From NCBI RefSeq assembly GCF_001194135.2, contig NC_069000.1, positions 38,409,161 to 38,441,551 on the forward strand: a stretch of DNA of 32,391 bases. Reading direction: 5' to 3'. Numbering within the stretch: the stretch's first letter is position 1; every line of letters starts with the position of its first letter. This stretch comes from Octopus bimaculoides (taxonomy: Eukaryota). The notes below the pieces were generated by a model that saw only the letters and a program-made list of their open reading frames with translations, did no database searches and was not told the DNA's origin. Made by a program: the position numbers and the translations under genes. This document shows positions 21,637 to 32,156 of the stretch, one piece after another.

Positions 21637-21854
21637 CTCTTTTACTCTTTTACTTGTTTCAGTCTTTTGACTGCGGCCATGCTGGAGCACCGCCTTTATA
21701 GTCGAGCAAGTCGACTTGTAAACCTAGTACTTATTCTATCGGTCTCTTTTTGGCAAACCGCTAAGTGACGCCTACGTAAACACACCAGCATCGGTTGTCA
21801 AGCGATGCTAGGGGGACAAACACAGACACACACACACACGCACATATATATATA
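21637..21854 (-). mobile_element. SINE family A, 3' half running into gap 21855-22270
   Basis: CTCTTTTACTCTTTTACTTGTTTCAGTC..GGGGACAAACACAGACAC(AC)n. Confidence 0.85.
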
Positions 21855-22446
21855 NNNNNNNNNNNNNNNNNNNNNNNNNNNNNNNNNNNNNNNNNNNNNN
21901 NNNNNNNNNNNNNNNNNNNNNNNNNNNNNNNNNNNNNNNNNNNNNNNNNNNNNNNNNNNNNNNNNNNNNNNNNNNNNNNNNNNNNNNNNNNNNNNNNNNN
22001 NNNNNNNNNNNNNNNNNNNNNNNNNNNNNNNNNNNNNNNNNNNNNNNNNNNNNNNNNNNNNNNNNNNNNNNNNNNNNNNNNNNNNNNNNNNNNNNNNNNN
22101 NNNNNNNNNNNNNNNNNNNNNNNNNNNNNNNNNNNNNNNNNNNNNNNNNNNNNNNNNNNNNNNNNNNNNNNNNNNNNNNNNNNNNNNNNNNNNNNNNNNN
22201 NNNNNNNNNNNNNNNNNNNNNNNNNNNNNNNNNNNNNNNNNNNNNNNNNNNNNNNNNNNNNNNNNNNNNNAAACAGAAAATCTATGTTAAGTTGAGGTGA
22301 CGTTTCATAAAAGTCTCTTTGTTTTAGAAGTAAGGAAAATGTGTGACTTGAATCTCTCTGCTTTGTATATATAGAAAATAATAAGAGACTTCGTAGGAAG
22401 AGGTCCTTCGCTCGGTGAAGTAATAGTTTTTGCACGTAATCTAGAG

Positions 22447-22495
22447 CAGTGCTTACTCAGTGGTCCGTCCGGTGCCGGTCCGCGGCGAAATTCCA
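22447..22495 (+). mobile_element. hAT-like terminal fragment
   Basis: ATCTAGAG target-like octamer followed by CAGTGCTTACTCAGTGGTCCG..CCGGTCCGCGG; no partner end found. Confidence 0.4.
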
Positions 22496-22541
22496 GAAAA
22501 GAAAGAAACATTATAAAATGCTTATGTAATATTGTATTATT

Positions 22542-22693
22542 TCATCATCGTCAACATCGTTTAACGTCCGTTTTCCAGGCTGGCATGGGTTGGACGGTTT
22601 GACTGGGGACTGGCAAGCCAGGAGGCCGCACCAGGCTCCAATCTGATCTAGCAGTGTTTCTACGGCTAGACGCCCTTCCTAACGCCAACCACT
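22542..22693 (-). mobile_element. Repeat family D (SINE-like, (GAT)n tail), 3' part
   Basis: CATCGTTTAACGTCCGTTTTCC..GGCATGGGTTGGACGG..GCCCTTCCTAACGCCAACCAC; homologous to 26341-26620 and 27385-27570. Confidence 0.75.
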
Positions 22694-23163
22694 ATAAGAT
22701 TAAAAGAAAAAAATGTCAGCTTTTATGATATTCATTATATATATTGTTTCTGGTATAAATTCAATGCCTAAATTATTACTAAGAAATATAACCTGTCCCT
22801 GGCACATTGGGGGTGGAAAACTGCTGGTACTCCACATCAGATAGTTTGAGTTACCTAAGAATAGGGCGCAAGGATAAACGAATAAAGTTTTAATTAAATC
22901 ATCTTCTAAATCTCTTTCTATATGTGTGTTTGTATATTTATATACTGAGGGTGATAAATTGAATATTAATTTAATTAACATCAATTTAAAACCAGTGGCC
23001 TAGCATATAAAAAATCTGAAAATTCAGAAAAAATTGTATTACATGCGTATAAGAAGGGATGACCACTAAGTGGTCATCTGATATGCTAGAAAGAGATCAT
23101 CAACGACCCAACCACAAAGAAAATAATGTTCTATAGAAAAAATTCAGCGAACATCTGATGTTT

Positions 23164-23288
23164 GGGTGTCCACAAAGTCTGGGTACATGGGGATTAACAC
23201 ATACTTTAAGAAATTATTATTTCTTATATCTAATTGTTTATGTCATGATTTTATTTACTCCATGTACCCAGACCTTGTGGACACCCTG
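23164..23288. mobile_element. Tc1/mariner-type MITE
   Basis: GGGTGTCCACAAAGTCTGGGTACATGG / CCATGTACCCAGACCTTGTGGACACCCTG (1 mismatch), right end followed by TA; left terminal 2-3 bp eroded. Confidence 0.8.
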
Positions 23289-24138
23289 TATATATATATG
23301 TGTGTGTATGTGTGAAATTCTGTTACAAGAGGAATGGTGACTGTAACCTAAAAGTTTCAAAACGCAGTCGATGAGCGCTAGCAAACCGAAAACTTCGCAG
23401 TCACTATCATCATGCTTGTAATAGCATAATATGTACTCTATAAAAAGTATTGAATACACCTTCAGTTTAATGTAAAATTGTTTTCATTTGTAACTCGACA
23501 TAAAAACACGCACATGCATACTATTTTCCTTCATAGAAAGGCGCAGTTTTTTTTTTTTTTTTTTGTCGTTTTTAAAGAATCCGAGTGCGGCAGGATAAAA
23601 AAAAAAACGGGTTGGTGGAAAACATTGACCCAGGGGTGAAGATATTGGAGGCGCAATTGTTAACGTTGTTTCTGTCTGCTATTCTTTTCTGAATGAATCG
23701 CCATGTGATTAAATATTCACAATAAAGTGCAAATAAAAGGGAAGTAACTGCTTCTTTTTCCGGTTTATTTATTCGTTTCGTGTTTTGTGTGAAAAGATTT
23801 TACGTTGTCTCTGAAGAATTTTCACAGAATGGGAGGGTCGACGGGATGAATAGAGCTGGCGAGGTGCTGAATAATTGTTTAGATCAGTCATGCGCAAACT
23901 GTATCCCGCGGGGTTTCTGAATGACACGCCTAAATTGCCTGACCGTAAGCCCTCTAGAAAAAAATTGTCCGCGCTTTGTTTAGACCCGAGTCAGCTCAAA
24001 TGATTAAAGAACATTGTATAATGTTCTTTGTTTTAAGAGCCTTTGATCGATGGGCAGCATTTTGGTAAAGCTTCACAATGGCTATGATGTTTGTTAAGCT
24101 TTTTAAGAATGAAAAATGTGAAGGAAATTGTACACAAC

Positions 24139-24573
24139 AGTCGCAGATACGGCCGTGTGGTTAAGAAGCTCACTTTACAAACACCCTGGTTTATGGTTCA
24201 ATCCCACCGCGTGGCGCCGTGATCATCATGCATGCCTTGTTAGGCGTACACTTTAGAAGCTTGTCGTGTGCGTGCGTGTGTTTGACAGCCAGTGTTCGTT
24301 TGTTTACCTTTCCGTACCTTAAGTTGTTCGGCAAAAGTGACCGAAAGACGGAGGTAAAGAATACGTACACCACCAGTTTTCGGTGGAACAAAAAACCCTA
24401 AAAAACACCGTGTGTTTGTATTCTTTCGCCAGAATAAGTACCAGACTTCAAAGAAATTAGAATTACTGGGGTTGATTTGTTCGACTAAAACCCTTCAAAG
24501 CAGTGCCCCAGCATGGCTGCAGTCCAATGGCTGAAGCAAGCAAAACGGTAAAAGATAAAACATGATAAAAGAT
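24139..24573 (+). mobile_element. SINE family A, full length, diverged
   Basis: Head GTGTGGTTAAGAAGC..GGTTCAATCCCACCGCGTGGC, body, GCCCCAGCATGGCTGCAGTC, AAAAGAT tail. Confidence 0.75.
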
Positions 24574-25035
24574 ATGCTGTTTCCTTGTAGCTTAGGTACC
24601 TCGTTACTGTTTCATAGTCGGAGGTGATCTTGTATTCATTTCCTCGCAGTTTCTATTCATTTGAACTTATGCAGTAGCCAGGTTACAAGGGCTCATCTAC
24701 GTGGTTGATCGACCTGCTAGAAACAACAATCTAATATCTTTGAAGTTACAACCGTGGCCTCATAAATAATATTTATCCCCACTTAAACGTAGATGTTCTC
24801 TTAGGACAAAATATACCGTGGTAGATACATTATGAGAAACTTTCATATTTGCTTATTACATTGCTAGAGATGTAAACGAGTGCCTTTGGTAAGCATCTGA
24901 TGAAAGCTGAAGGGCACGGGGGTTGAAAGGTTGTGACTGTTTGGAATATAGCTGTGAATAAGTTTTTTTTTTATGAAGTAAAGTAAATGGAACCTGTGAG
25001 AATTTAGTTTGATTTTGATCTTGAACCAAATACAC

Positions 25036-25305
25036 AAGTCTGTGCAAGGTTGTTTATGGAAGACCAGCAGTCACCCATGCACACCGGCCTCCCCTCTCCA
25101 CACCACCGATGTTATCCAAGGAAAAGAGTAAAGGCCGATACAGCTTGGCACCAGTGACGTTGCAACTCATTTCTACAGATGAGTGAATTGGAGCAACTTG
25201 AAATAAAATGTCTTGCTCAAGAACACAGCACAGAGCCTGGCCCAGGAACCAAACTCGCTACTTCATTATTGTGAGTCCAGCGCTCTAACCACTGAGCCAT
25301 GTGCC
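25036..25305 (-). mobile_element. SINE family C (tRNA head), 5' portion
   Basis: Minus strand: GGCACATGGCTCAGTGGTTAGAGCGCTGGACTC (A box) ..GAGTTTGGTTCC.. GTGTTCTTGAGCAAGACA. Confidence 0.75.
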
Positions 25306-25939
25306 TGTCATATATACACATACACACGCTTCACATTGATCCGCTATGTAGCGATTGGTGTGCAACGTAGTAGTCATTAGAATATACTACCATGTGTTTC
25401 TTCTGTTTAATACTATTTATGATCATTGTAACTTTTAAATTGACTTGTGGCTAATATGCTGACTGGTGATGCATCTGTTTATTTTACATTTGTGTGGGTA
25501 GGTAGTGTTCTCGAGAGTAGGGTAATATTTGAGTGAGATTTTGGCTGCTTTGTTTAGAAGGTTGAGTGACTATGCAGAAACCTCCTTCATTGGCTCAATG
25601 AGAACAGACTACTATATTTGATGGCATATGAGATGCATTCTATTTCAGCAGTGCATATTGAGGGAAAACAGGGTTTATTGCTGTAAAGCATGGATTATAG
25701 GGCTCACCATCTCATGGTAAGACCCAGGCTTATTTTTTTTTTGAGATGATTTGTTTTATATGTTATCAAATAAAGTATGTTCTCCCCAAATAAAAATTAG
25801 TTTTAGTATTATTTCATTGTTTTGGAAAAGTACAGTATGCCTAACTTTTGCATACCCAGGTAGTGTGTTTGTGTATGTGTGTTGCTAAAAAGTACGTTTG
25901 AATATTCTGGAGATTGATATGGGGTGATCTACATATAAA

Positions 25940-26095
25940 CCCTTTTGATACCAAGACTTCTGCTTCTTTGATAGAAAATTTCTTTATAAAGTGATCTAAA
26001 ACTTTTCCATTAAAATTCCATGTTAATTTATCTGCCAATTGCCAGCTTAGTAATGACCAAAATAATTCAGTAAATTCTTTATTATTTTCAAAAAT
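25940..26095. mobile_element. Fragment of a piggyBac-like MITE family (terminus TAAA|CCCTTTTGATACC)
   Basis: TTAA-CCC-like terminus; 26010-26095 is visibly homologous to 28180-28275. The family assignment is inference. Confidence 0.4.
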
Positions 26096-26112
26096 TAGTT
26101 GAAGTAAAGTGG

Positions 26113-26327
26113 GTGCCAGTGCCACCATAATGGCACTGGTGGTGGTGCCATGTAAAAGGCACTCAGTGCAGTCTGTAAAATGGTTGGCACTTGGAAGGGT
26201 GTCCAGCCGTACAAACCATGTAAAAACAGACAATTAGATGGAGCCTGGTGCAGCTCTCCAGTTGGCCAGCTTCTGTCAAATTGTCCAGCCCATGACAGGA
26301 TACACACTGGATGTTGAATGATGATAC
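26113..26327 (+). mobile_element. Repeat family D
   Basis: GGTGCCATGTAAAAGGCAC..TGGTTGGCACTTGGAAGGG..GGAGCCTGGTGCAGC..GATGTTGAATGATGAT. Confidence 0.75.
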
Positions 26328-26340
26328 AGTTCAACAGAAA

Positions 26341-26620
26341 TCATTATCATCATTGTTTAACGTCTGTCTTCCATGCTGGCATGGGTTGGATGGCTTGACA
26401 AGAGCCAGCCCGGCACAAGATTGCACCAGGCTTCAGGTTTTTACAGCTGGATGCCCTTCCTAACACCACCCACCCGCTCAGCAGAGTGGACTGAGTGCTT
26501 TTTACATGGCACCAACATAGGTGGGGGTCAGTTTTTTTTTGGCATGGTTTTTACAGATGGATGCCCTTCGAAGTGCCAACCACCTTAGAGTGTGGACTGG
26601 GTGCTTTTTATGTGGCACAA
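26341..26620 (-). mobile_element. Repeat family D with internal partial duplication
   Basis: TCATTGTTTAACGTC..CCATGCTGGCATGGGTTGG..GGATGCCCTTC occurs with the core segment present twice. Confidence 0.75.
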
Positions 26621-26906
26621 GCACTAGGTGGGTCACCAAGTAAGTTGCAAGGCAAAGATCCTTTGAGATTGGAGGAATTGATCTTGTGTCAGATGGGAAA
26701 AGTTTATGGTAAGTCCCCGTATATATGTTAGACTAAAAAAGAAAAATGTATGTTTGTATATGGTTAAAATGTTCATTGAACATAGCAAAGAATAATGTAG
26801 GGTGAAGTCCCACAACCTTTGTTAGACATAAAAAAACTGTCATTATATTGTCTCTGTTTTTCCAGTGCATTACTTGATTGTTCTTTCTATTTTTCTCTCC
26901 TTCTAG

Positions 26907-27005
26907 AGTGCTTCATCTGAAGATTCTCTATCTAAAATTGATGTCCTTATTACAGCAGTTGGAGTTGATGAAGAAGTTGTCTACTCCAAGTCAACTGCCT
27001 TGCAG
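26907..27005 (+). CDS. SUPT16H: FACT complex subunit SPT16, internal coding exon (99 nt, phase 0-0)
   Basis: Acceptor ttttctctccttctag, donor CAG|gtaaca. Encodes [33 protein letters not shown] versus human ..[23 protein letters not shown]. Confidence 0.95.
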
Positions 27006-27384
27006 GTAACACATAACTATTCCTGATTTTTCCAATTTATTTTATAATGTTGCTTTAAAAACTGATCCATCACTAGGCAACTTATTTCAGTTGTGATATT
27101 AAAAAAAAGGCTTTGTGAAATCTTCTGAAAATTGTTTTAAATACCACAACAGAAAGTTCATTTCTGGTGGACTCAATTGTCAATCTAGTTTCCAGTTTAT
27201 GTGGATGCTTTTTTTTATGTTTTTTTTTTAACACTTTGCTTTCCAAACCCATTTTATGTCATGTTCTTTTTTGCCTCGGCGGTCTAATTTTGTTGTAAAT
27301 TACATGATTTTTAATTTTTTAATTATATGTTCTAGTTCACTATGTAAACTGCCACATTGATTTATGGCCTTGATTTCTAGCATG

Positions 27385-27570
27385 TGCCTGTGCGGCACCA
27401 TGTAAAAGCACCCAGCTCACTTTGTAAAGTGGTTGGTATTAGGGAGGGCATCCAGCCATAGAATCCAAGCCAAATCAGACTGGAGTCTGGTGCAGCTCCC
27501 CAGCTTGCCAACTCTGGTCAAACTGTCCAACCCATACCAGCATGAACAAACTGATGTTAAATGATGATTA
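27385..27570 (+). mobile_element. Repeat family D, CpG-decayed
   Basis: CATGTAAAAGCACCCAG..TGGTTGGTATTAGGGAGGGCATCCAGCC..TCCAACCCATACCAGCATG..GATGTTAAATGATGAT. Confidence 0.75.
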
Positions 27571-28481
27571 TCTATGATACTTTCAACAGATGTCAAATTA
27601 CATTATGGAAGCTTTAATGGTTTGCTTTTCATAAAACTTTATTTTGTGAAAGGCAGCAATCCCATGATGGAGATGGCAGTGATTTAGCCCCTTCTTTCCA
27701 GGTCCTATCTCAGCTCCTATTGATCTCAATTGAAAGCCATCTGAGAAATTACAAATAAACTTTGTGCTCTGTACATTGCCTATGAATAATGTAATTTGAA
27801 CCACAAGTAATGTTAGGGCTTTGTAAGAAAACATCACCATTGGGAGTTACTGGTAACTCCCATGGTATATTAAGAATATAGCACAGGGTGTCGCCAGTGC
27901 AACTCCCACAGTAGGTGAAGCGTTAATTTAGCTAAGTACCTTCAGATAGTCATTACTATAACAATTTTCATTCCTAGTTACAAAACTGCTGCAAAGAAAC
28001 TCTGCTGGTTGTTGGGAATCTTGGCATTTGGAGCTTGTGTTCTTGTTATATAATAAATATTAATGACAGAGGCAGTGTTTCTTTTTGTTTTAGTGGAACA
28101 TCCACGTTTAAGTGGGGATAAATATTACCTCTCAGTATTTTTGTTTTAACACTGCACTAATGGTTTCCATAAGTTTTCAATTAAAATCTTCCACCAAACC
28201 TTAGTCACAATTTATGTTCCTAACTCTAATTTAATGATAACGAAGTTATTTTACTAAATTCATTGTTATATTTAAAATTAATTGAAAGAATAATATTTGC
28301 ATATGTACTCATTTGTGTGTGTATATATATTTTTTGTATTTGTTTATATATGTGTGTATATATATTTTTTGTATTTGTTTATATATGTGTGTATATATGT
28401 ATGTGTGCACACTCACACAAACACATATGGTCCAATTTATGGTGGCATGGAAAAATAGTTGTTAAACGATGATGATAGATC

Positions 28482-28712
28482 TGTGTGTGTGTGTTAGTCC
28501 TCTACTTACTGCTTGGTAACCAGTGTTGGTTTGTTTACATCCCTGTTACTTAGCAGTTTTACGAAAGAGAGTGATGGGATAAGTACCAGACTTTACAAGA
28601 TAAGCATTGACATAGATTTTTTTTTTTTTTCATGTCCCTACCAAACCTTTCATGGGCACTGCCCCAGCATGGCTACAATTCAATGACTGGAATGAGTAAA
28701 AGATAAAAAGAT
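28482..28712 (+). mobile_element. SINE family A, 3' half, CpG-decayed
   Basis: (TG)n, GTTTACATCCCTGTTACTTAGCAGTT, GCCCCAGCATGGC, tail ending about 75 bp before the SPT16 exon. Confidence 0.75.
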
Positions 28713-28720
28713 TATTTTGA

Positions 28721-28981
<261 letters not shown>

Positions 28982-29344
28982 TAGCATTACCTTGGTGCTA
29001 TTACAAGGAGTACCCAAAAGAAACCGGAATTTTCCATTATTATTTCATTCACTTAGATTTACATATTTACACTTTTATTGTGGCTACTTTTCATCTTCCG
29101 TAAGCAAGCAAGGCACAGATTTTACTGCAACTCTTTTCACTTGCAATTCTTTACTCAAAATTGGTTGGCAAGAGCTCCAGGACACATTAGTCACATCAAC
29201 AAGTTCATCAATTGTTTGGCAATGGTCCTCCAAGATCAAAATCTTTGATGATGTGATAAATTCTTTTTAGAATGACATCATCGGGTAGGTGTAAGAGGCT
29301 GGATCTGGTTGGTTTGAACATAAAATAGGTAGAATTTTGGGACT

Positions 29345-29579
29345 GGATAATAATAAGTCTTTCTCCTGTAGGCACAAGGCCTGAAATTTTGGGAGAGTTG
29401 TGGTGGGGCTCAAGTCTATTCCATCGACTACAGTGCATAACTGGTACCTATTTCATTGACCCTAAATGGATGCAAGGCAAAGTTGACCTCGGTGAAATTT
29501 GAACTCAGGATGTAAAGACAGATGAAATGCCACTAAGCAATTGTGCCGGGCACACTAATGATACTGCCAGCTCACTGCC
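29345..29579 (-). mobile_element. SINE family B
   Basis: (ATA)n tail, CAAGGCCTGAAATTT, GCAAAGTTGACCTCGG..TTTGAACTCAG, CTGCCAGCTCACTGCC head. Confidence 0.8.
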
Positions 29580-29597
29580 TTGATGATGATGATGATG

Positions 29598-29833
29598 ATA
29601 ATAATAATAATAATAATAATCCTTTCTACTGTAGGTATAAGGCCTGGATTTTTGTGGGGAGTGGGACAATTGATCACACTGACCCCAGTATTTGATTGGT
29701 ATTTGATTTATTGATCCCAAAAGGACGAAAGGCAAAGTTGACTTCGGCGGAACTTGAACTCAGAACATAGCAGTAGGCAAAATACAGCTAAGCATTTCGT
29801 CCGTCACGCTAACGATTCTGCCAGCTCGCCACC
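29598..29833 (-). mobile_element. SINE family B, second tandem copy
   Basis: Same layout directly adjacent to 29345-29579, separated by (GAT)n(AAT)n. Confidence 0.8.
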
Positions 29834-30014
29834 TTAACCACGACAGCAATGTATTTAATGCACAGAAAGTTTATAGAAGAATCATTCTTGTTTCTGTTAG
29901 TTTTAACGATGTTATTGCTATAGGCTTGTAGCATAATGTTTGTGAGTCTGTATCCTCTTATAAGCACCGTTTATAACTTCCTGTATTGAATAATATGTGT
30001 GTGTATCTTTTCAG

Positions 30015-30074
30015 GTGGACAAGGATAAAGGCAATTTTCAAAAACTTGTTGATGCCATCAAACAAAGTAAGAAA
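30015..30074 (+). CDS. SUPT16H: FACT complex subunit SPT16, internal coding exon (60 nt, phase 0-0)
   Basis: Acceptor atcttttcag, donor AAA|gtaagt. Encodes VDKDKGNFQKLVDAIKQSKK versus human [20 protein letters not shown]. Confidence 0.92.
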
Positions 30075-30264
30075 GTAAGTAAAAAAAAGTTTCCCTTTTC
30101 TGTTGTTTCTCTCTTACTTTCTATTTTTCCGTCTTTCATCTGTTTTTTTTCATGGCTGTCTTTCTGTGTTTTCCTCATCACTTCCTCTTCATTATCTTTT
30201 TGCTGTTTCTGCCATATCCTCTTTGTTATCTTGGTGTCTCTTGGTAAGGTAAAGGTAAAGTAAA

Positions 30265-30612
30265 ATCAGATGGCCCGAACACATAAGCAATATGGAGCTA
30301 TGGCAAAGAACGAATCAAGTTTCGATTAGGGAGCAAATATTTAAGAAAAAGTGGAAGTGGATTGGCAGCACAATTAGAAAGAACACACCAAATGTAGCGA
30401 AAAGTGCTTTACAGTGGAATCTGGATAGATATAGAAAGAGGGGTAGGCCTAAGAACTCGTGGCGTAGATCAACACAAAAGGAACTAGAGAAAGGGGGACA
30501 TTCATGGCAGAGTATAAGTACAGAAGCGAGAAATTGTGCGACATGGAATTCAATTATAAGTGGCCTACACTCCGCATTGAAGGGTTAAAGGCAGGAAAGA
30601 AGAAAGATAAAG
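30265..30612 (+). mobile_element. RTE-clade LINE, 5'-truncated 3' end of ORF2, in an SPT16 intron
   Basis: IRWPEHISNMELWQRTNQ..KWKWIGSTIRK..ALQWN..RKRGRPKNSWRRS..W..L matches the RTE C-terminal pattern W.W.GH..R......W.P.G.R.RGRP...W; A/G-rich tail. Confidence 0.85.
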
Positions 30613-30799
30613 TTACCTGCTGGAGTTGTACCGACTTAGAAGCAGGGGGTTGGAAACAATTAAGGGCTAGCTAGAGTTGGAGTCGGTAAAATAGACCACA
30701 ATCACTTAATTACATAAAGAGGAGTCAAAGTCAGAGGTGCAGATAGTAGAGGAGACAGGGTTGAAGTTTTTTGTTTTGGTTTCACAGCCCCGCTTATAG

Positions 30800-30923
30800 G
30801 GGCCTGGTTGCCAGGTTCCTTGGCATATAAATTCCCCGCCTGAACGGGATGGCAGTCCATCACAGTATTACTTGTGTTTGCCAGCTGAGTGGACTGGAGT
30901 AACATGAATCGAAGTGTTTTGCT
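30800..30923 (-). mobile_element. SINE-like fragment (family C-related), interrupted by a family A head
   Basis: GCCAGCTGAGTGGACTGGAGTAAC..GAAGTGTTTTGCTC resembles 25180-25225. Confidence 0.5.
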
Positions 30924-31058
30924 CTACCAACCACATGGTTCCGGGTTCAGTCTCACTGCGTGGCACCTTGGGCAAGTGTCTTCTGCTATAGCCTCGGGTC
31001 GACCAAAGCCTTGTGAGTGGATTTGGTAGACAGAAACTGAAAGAAGCCTGTCACACAT

Positions 31059-31089
<31 letters not shown>

Positions 31090-31090
31090 G
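30924..31090 (+). mobile_element. SINE family A, 5' half ending in its microsatellite
   Basis: AACCACATGGTTCCGGGTTCAGTCTCACTGCGTGGCACCTTGGGCAAGTGTCTTC..GAAAGAAGCCTGTC(TA)n. Confidence 0.85.
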
Positions 31091-31349
31091 AAGCAGTCCT
31101 GGAACTCCCCTTTTTGGGATAGCATGTAGCTGCCACGTCGTACTCCCTTGGATTTCTATGACATCTTGAAATCTTGTTCAATTGGGATTTGTTTTTCTTA
31201 GAAAGTTTCTTGGCCATCCTAACCGTCAAGCCATGTCTCTTCTCATGCACACACACACACACACATACACACACACTCATATTTTCTCTTCTATGGTCAC
31301 TGACAGTACCTCTGATTTGGTGAGATGACCACACCCTACTTCCAAGCAC

Positions 31350-31400
31350 TGCTAATCGACCCCAGGACTTATTCTTTGTAAGCCTAGTACTTATTCTATC
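31350..31400 (-). mobile_element. SINE family A, short internal fragment
   Basis: ATCGACCCCAGGACTTATTCTTTGTAAGCCTAGTACTTATTCTATC is nearly identical to other copies. Confidence 0.8.
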
Positions 31401-31462
31401 TTTGCTCAATTTTATTATGTTTTTTTTTTTTTTTTAGATGGTTACTATATTTTTTATTGCAG

Positions 31463-31555
31463 GGTAAAACTATTGGTGAATTCATAAAAGACAAGTTTCC
31501 AGGAGATTTCATGGATGGTTGGAGAGCAGCTCTGAAAGCAGAAGATTTCACAAAG
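31463..31555 (+). CDS. SUPT16H: FACT complex subunit SPT16, internal coding exon (93 nt, phase 0-0); gene continues beyond the window
   Basis: Acceptor tttttattgcag. Encodes GKTIGEFIKDKFPGDFMDGWRAALKAEDFTK versus human [31 protein letters not shown]. Donor AAG|gttgtt is weak, so the 3' boundary is less certain. Confidence 0.92.
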
Positions 31556-31704
31556 GTTGTTTTTCTATGAGTAATTTCTTTGAGTCTTTTATAATCAGTC
31601 TTAATTACTGAATTACCATCCTCCCTCCTTCTCTTCCGTCTGGTGTAACCATGTATTCTTCCCCTAAGCAAAACAACTGTGTTTGTCCTGCTATCATACT
31701 TTAA

Positions 31705-31813
31705 TCCTTTAGCATTCAAACTGGCTATATCTGGCTCAAATATTCTACCTGCTTTATGTTGAAACCAGCCGAATCCAACCTCTCACACCTATCCTACAAT
31801 GCCATTCTAAAAA
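31705..31813 (+). mobile_element. piggyBac-like MITE left portion; inverted homologue at 29265-29345
   Basis: TTAA|TCCTTTAGCATT start. ATTCTACCTGCTTTATGTTGAAACCAGCC..CACACCTATCC..CATTCTAAAAA matches the reverse complement of 29265-29345. Confidence 0.5.
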
Positions 31814-31947
31814 TATACAGGAGAGTATTGTAGTTCGCTTGAAGCATTGTGTATTGTTTGTAAAGAATAAAAAGTTTTGAATGGTACAACAATGCACTAT
31901 ATTACAAAAAATGGACTATATACCTGTTGTAACTTAGTTATCCATAG

Positions 31948-31988
31948 TCTGATGATATTTCGGAATACAATTCCTTCTTCAGATATTC
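31948..31988 (-). ncRNA. Degenerate minimal hammerhead ribozyme-like motif
   Basis: Minus strand: CTGAAGA-A-GGAAT-TGT-ATTCC-GAAAT-ATC. Core and 5-bp stem II are intact; stem I has only 2 clean pairs. Confidence 0.4.
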
Positions 31989-32156
31989 TTAGATGGAGTC
32001 GCTGCTATAATCATAATATAATAATATTATGACTATATACGCCGGTGGTGTTTGATCAGAGGTTAAGGATGGATGAGAATTCTGTAATGCAGTCATTCTA
32101 TTGTTCCAGTCCCAAAAATATTAGTTTAATTAAACTGATTTTGGTCAGTACAAGTC

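Noticed and set aside
23058-23089. 9-bp hairpin followed by CTAG, like a Helitron 3' end
   Set aside because: CTAGAAA-type motifs recur as an internal part of another dispersed repeat (about 7408, 21388 and 24717), and no 5' TC end could be defined.
23785-23805. VKRFY in one frame resembling SPT16 VKRLY
   Set aside because: No upstream Met before an in-frame stop, and no following Trp or donor.
24897-24945. CTGATGA...GAAAG hammerhead-like match
   Set aside because: No stem II pairing and no valid NUH triplet or stem I.
25841-26233. 130-aa minus-strand ORF
   Set aside because: Composed of a family-D repeat, a MITE fragment and TG-rich sequence; no recognisable domain.
30067-30072. Alternative donor A|gtaaga 8 nt upstream of the exon end
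   Set aside because: It would shift the frame; homology (SKK versus SKN) supports the donor at 30075.
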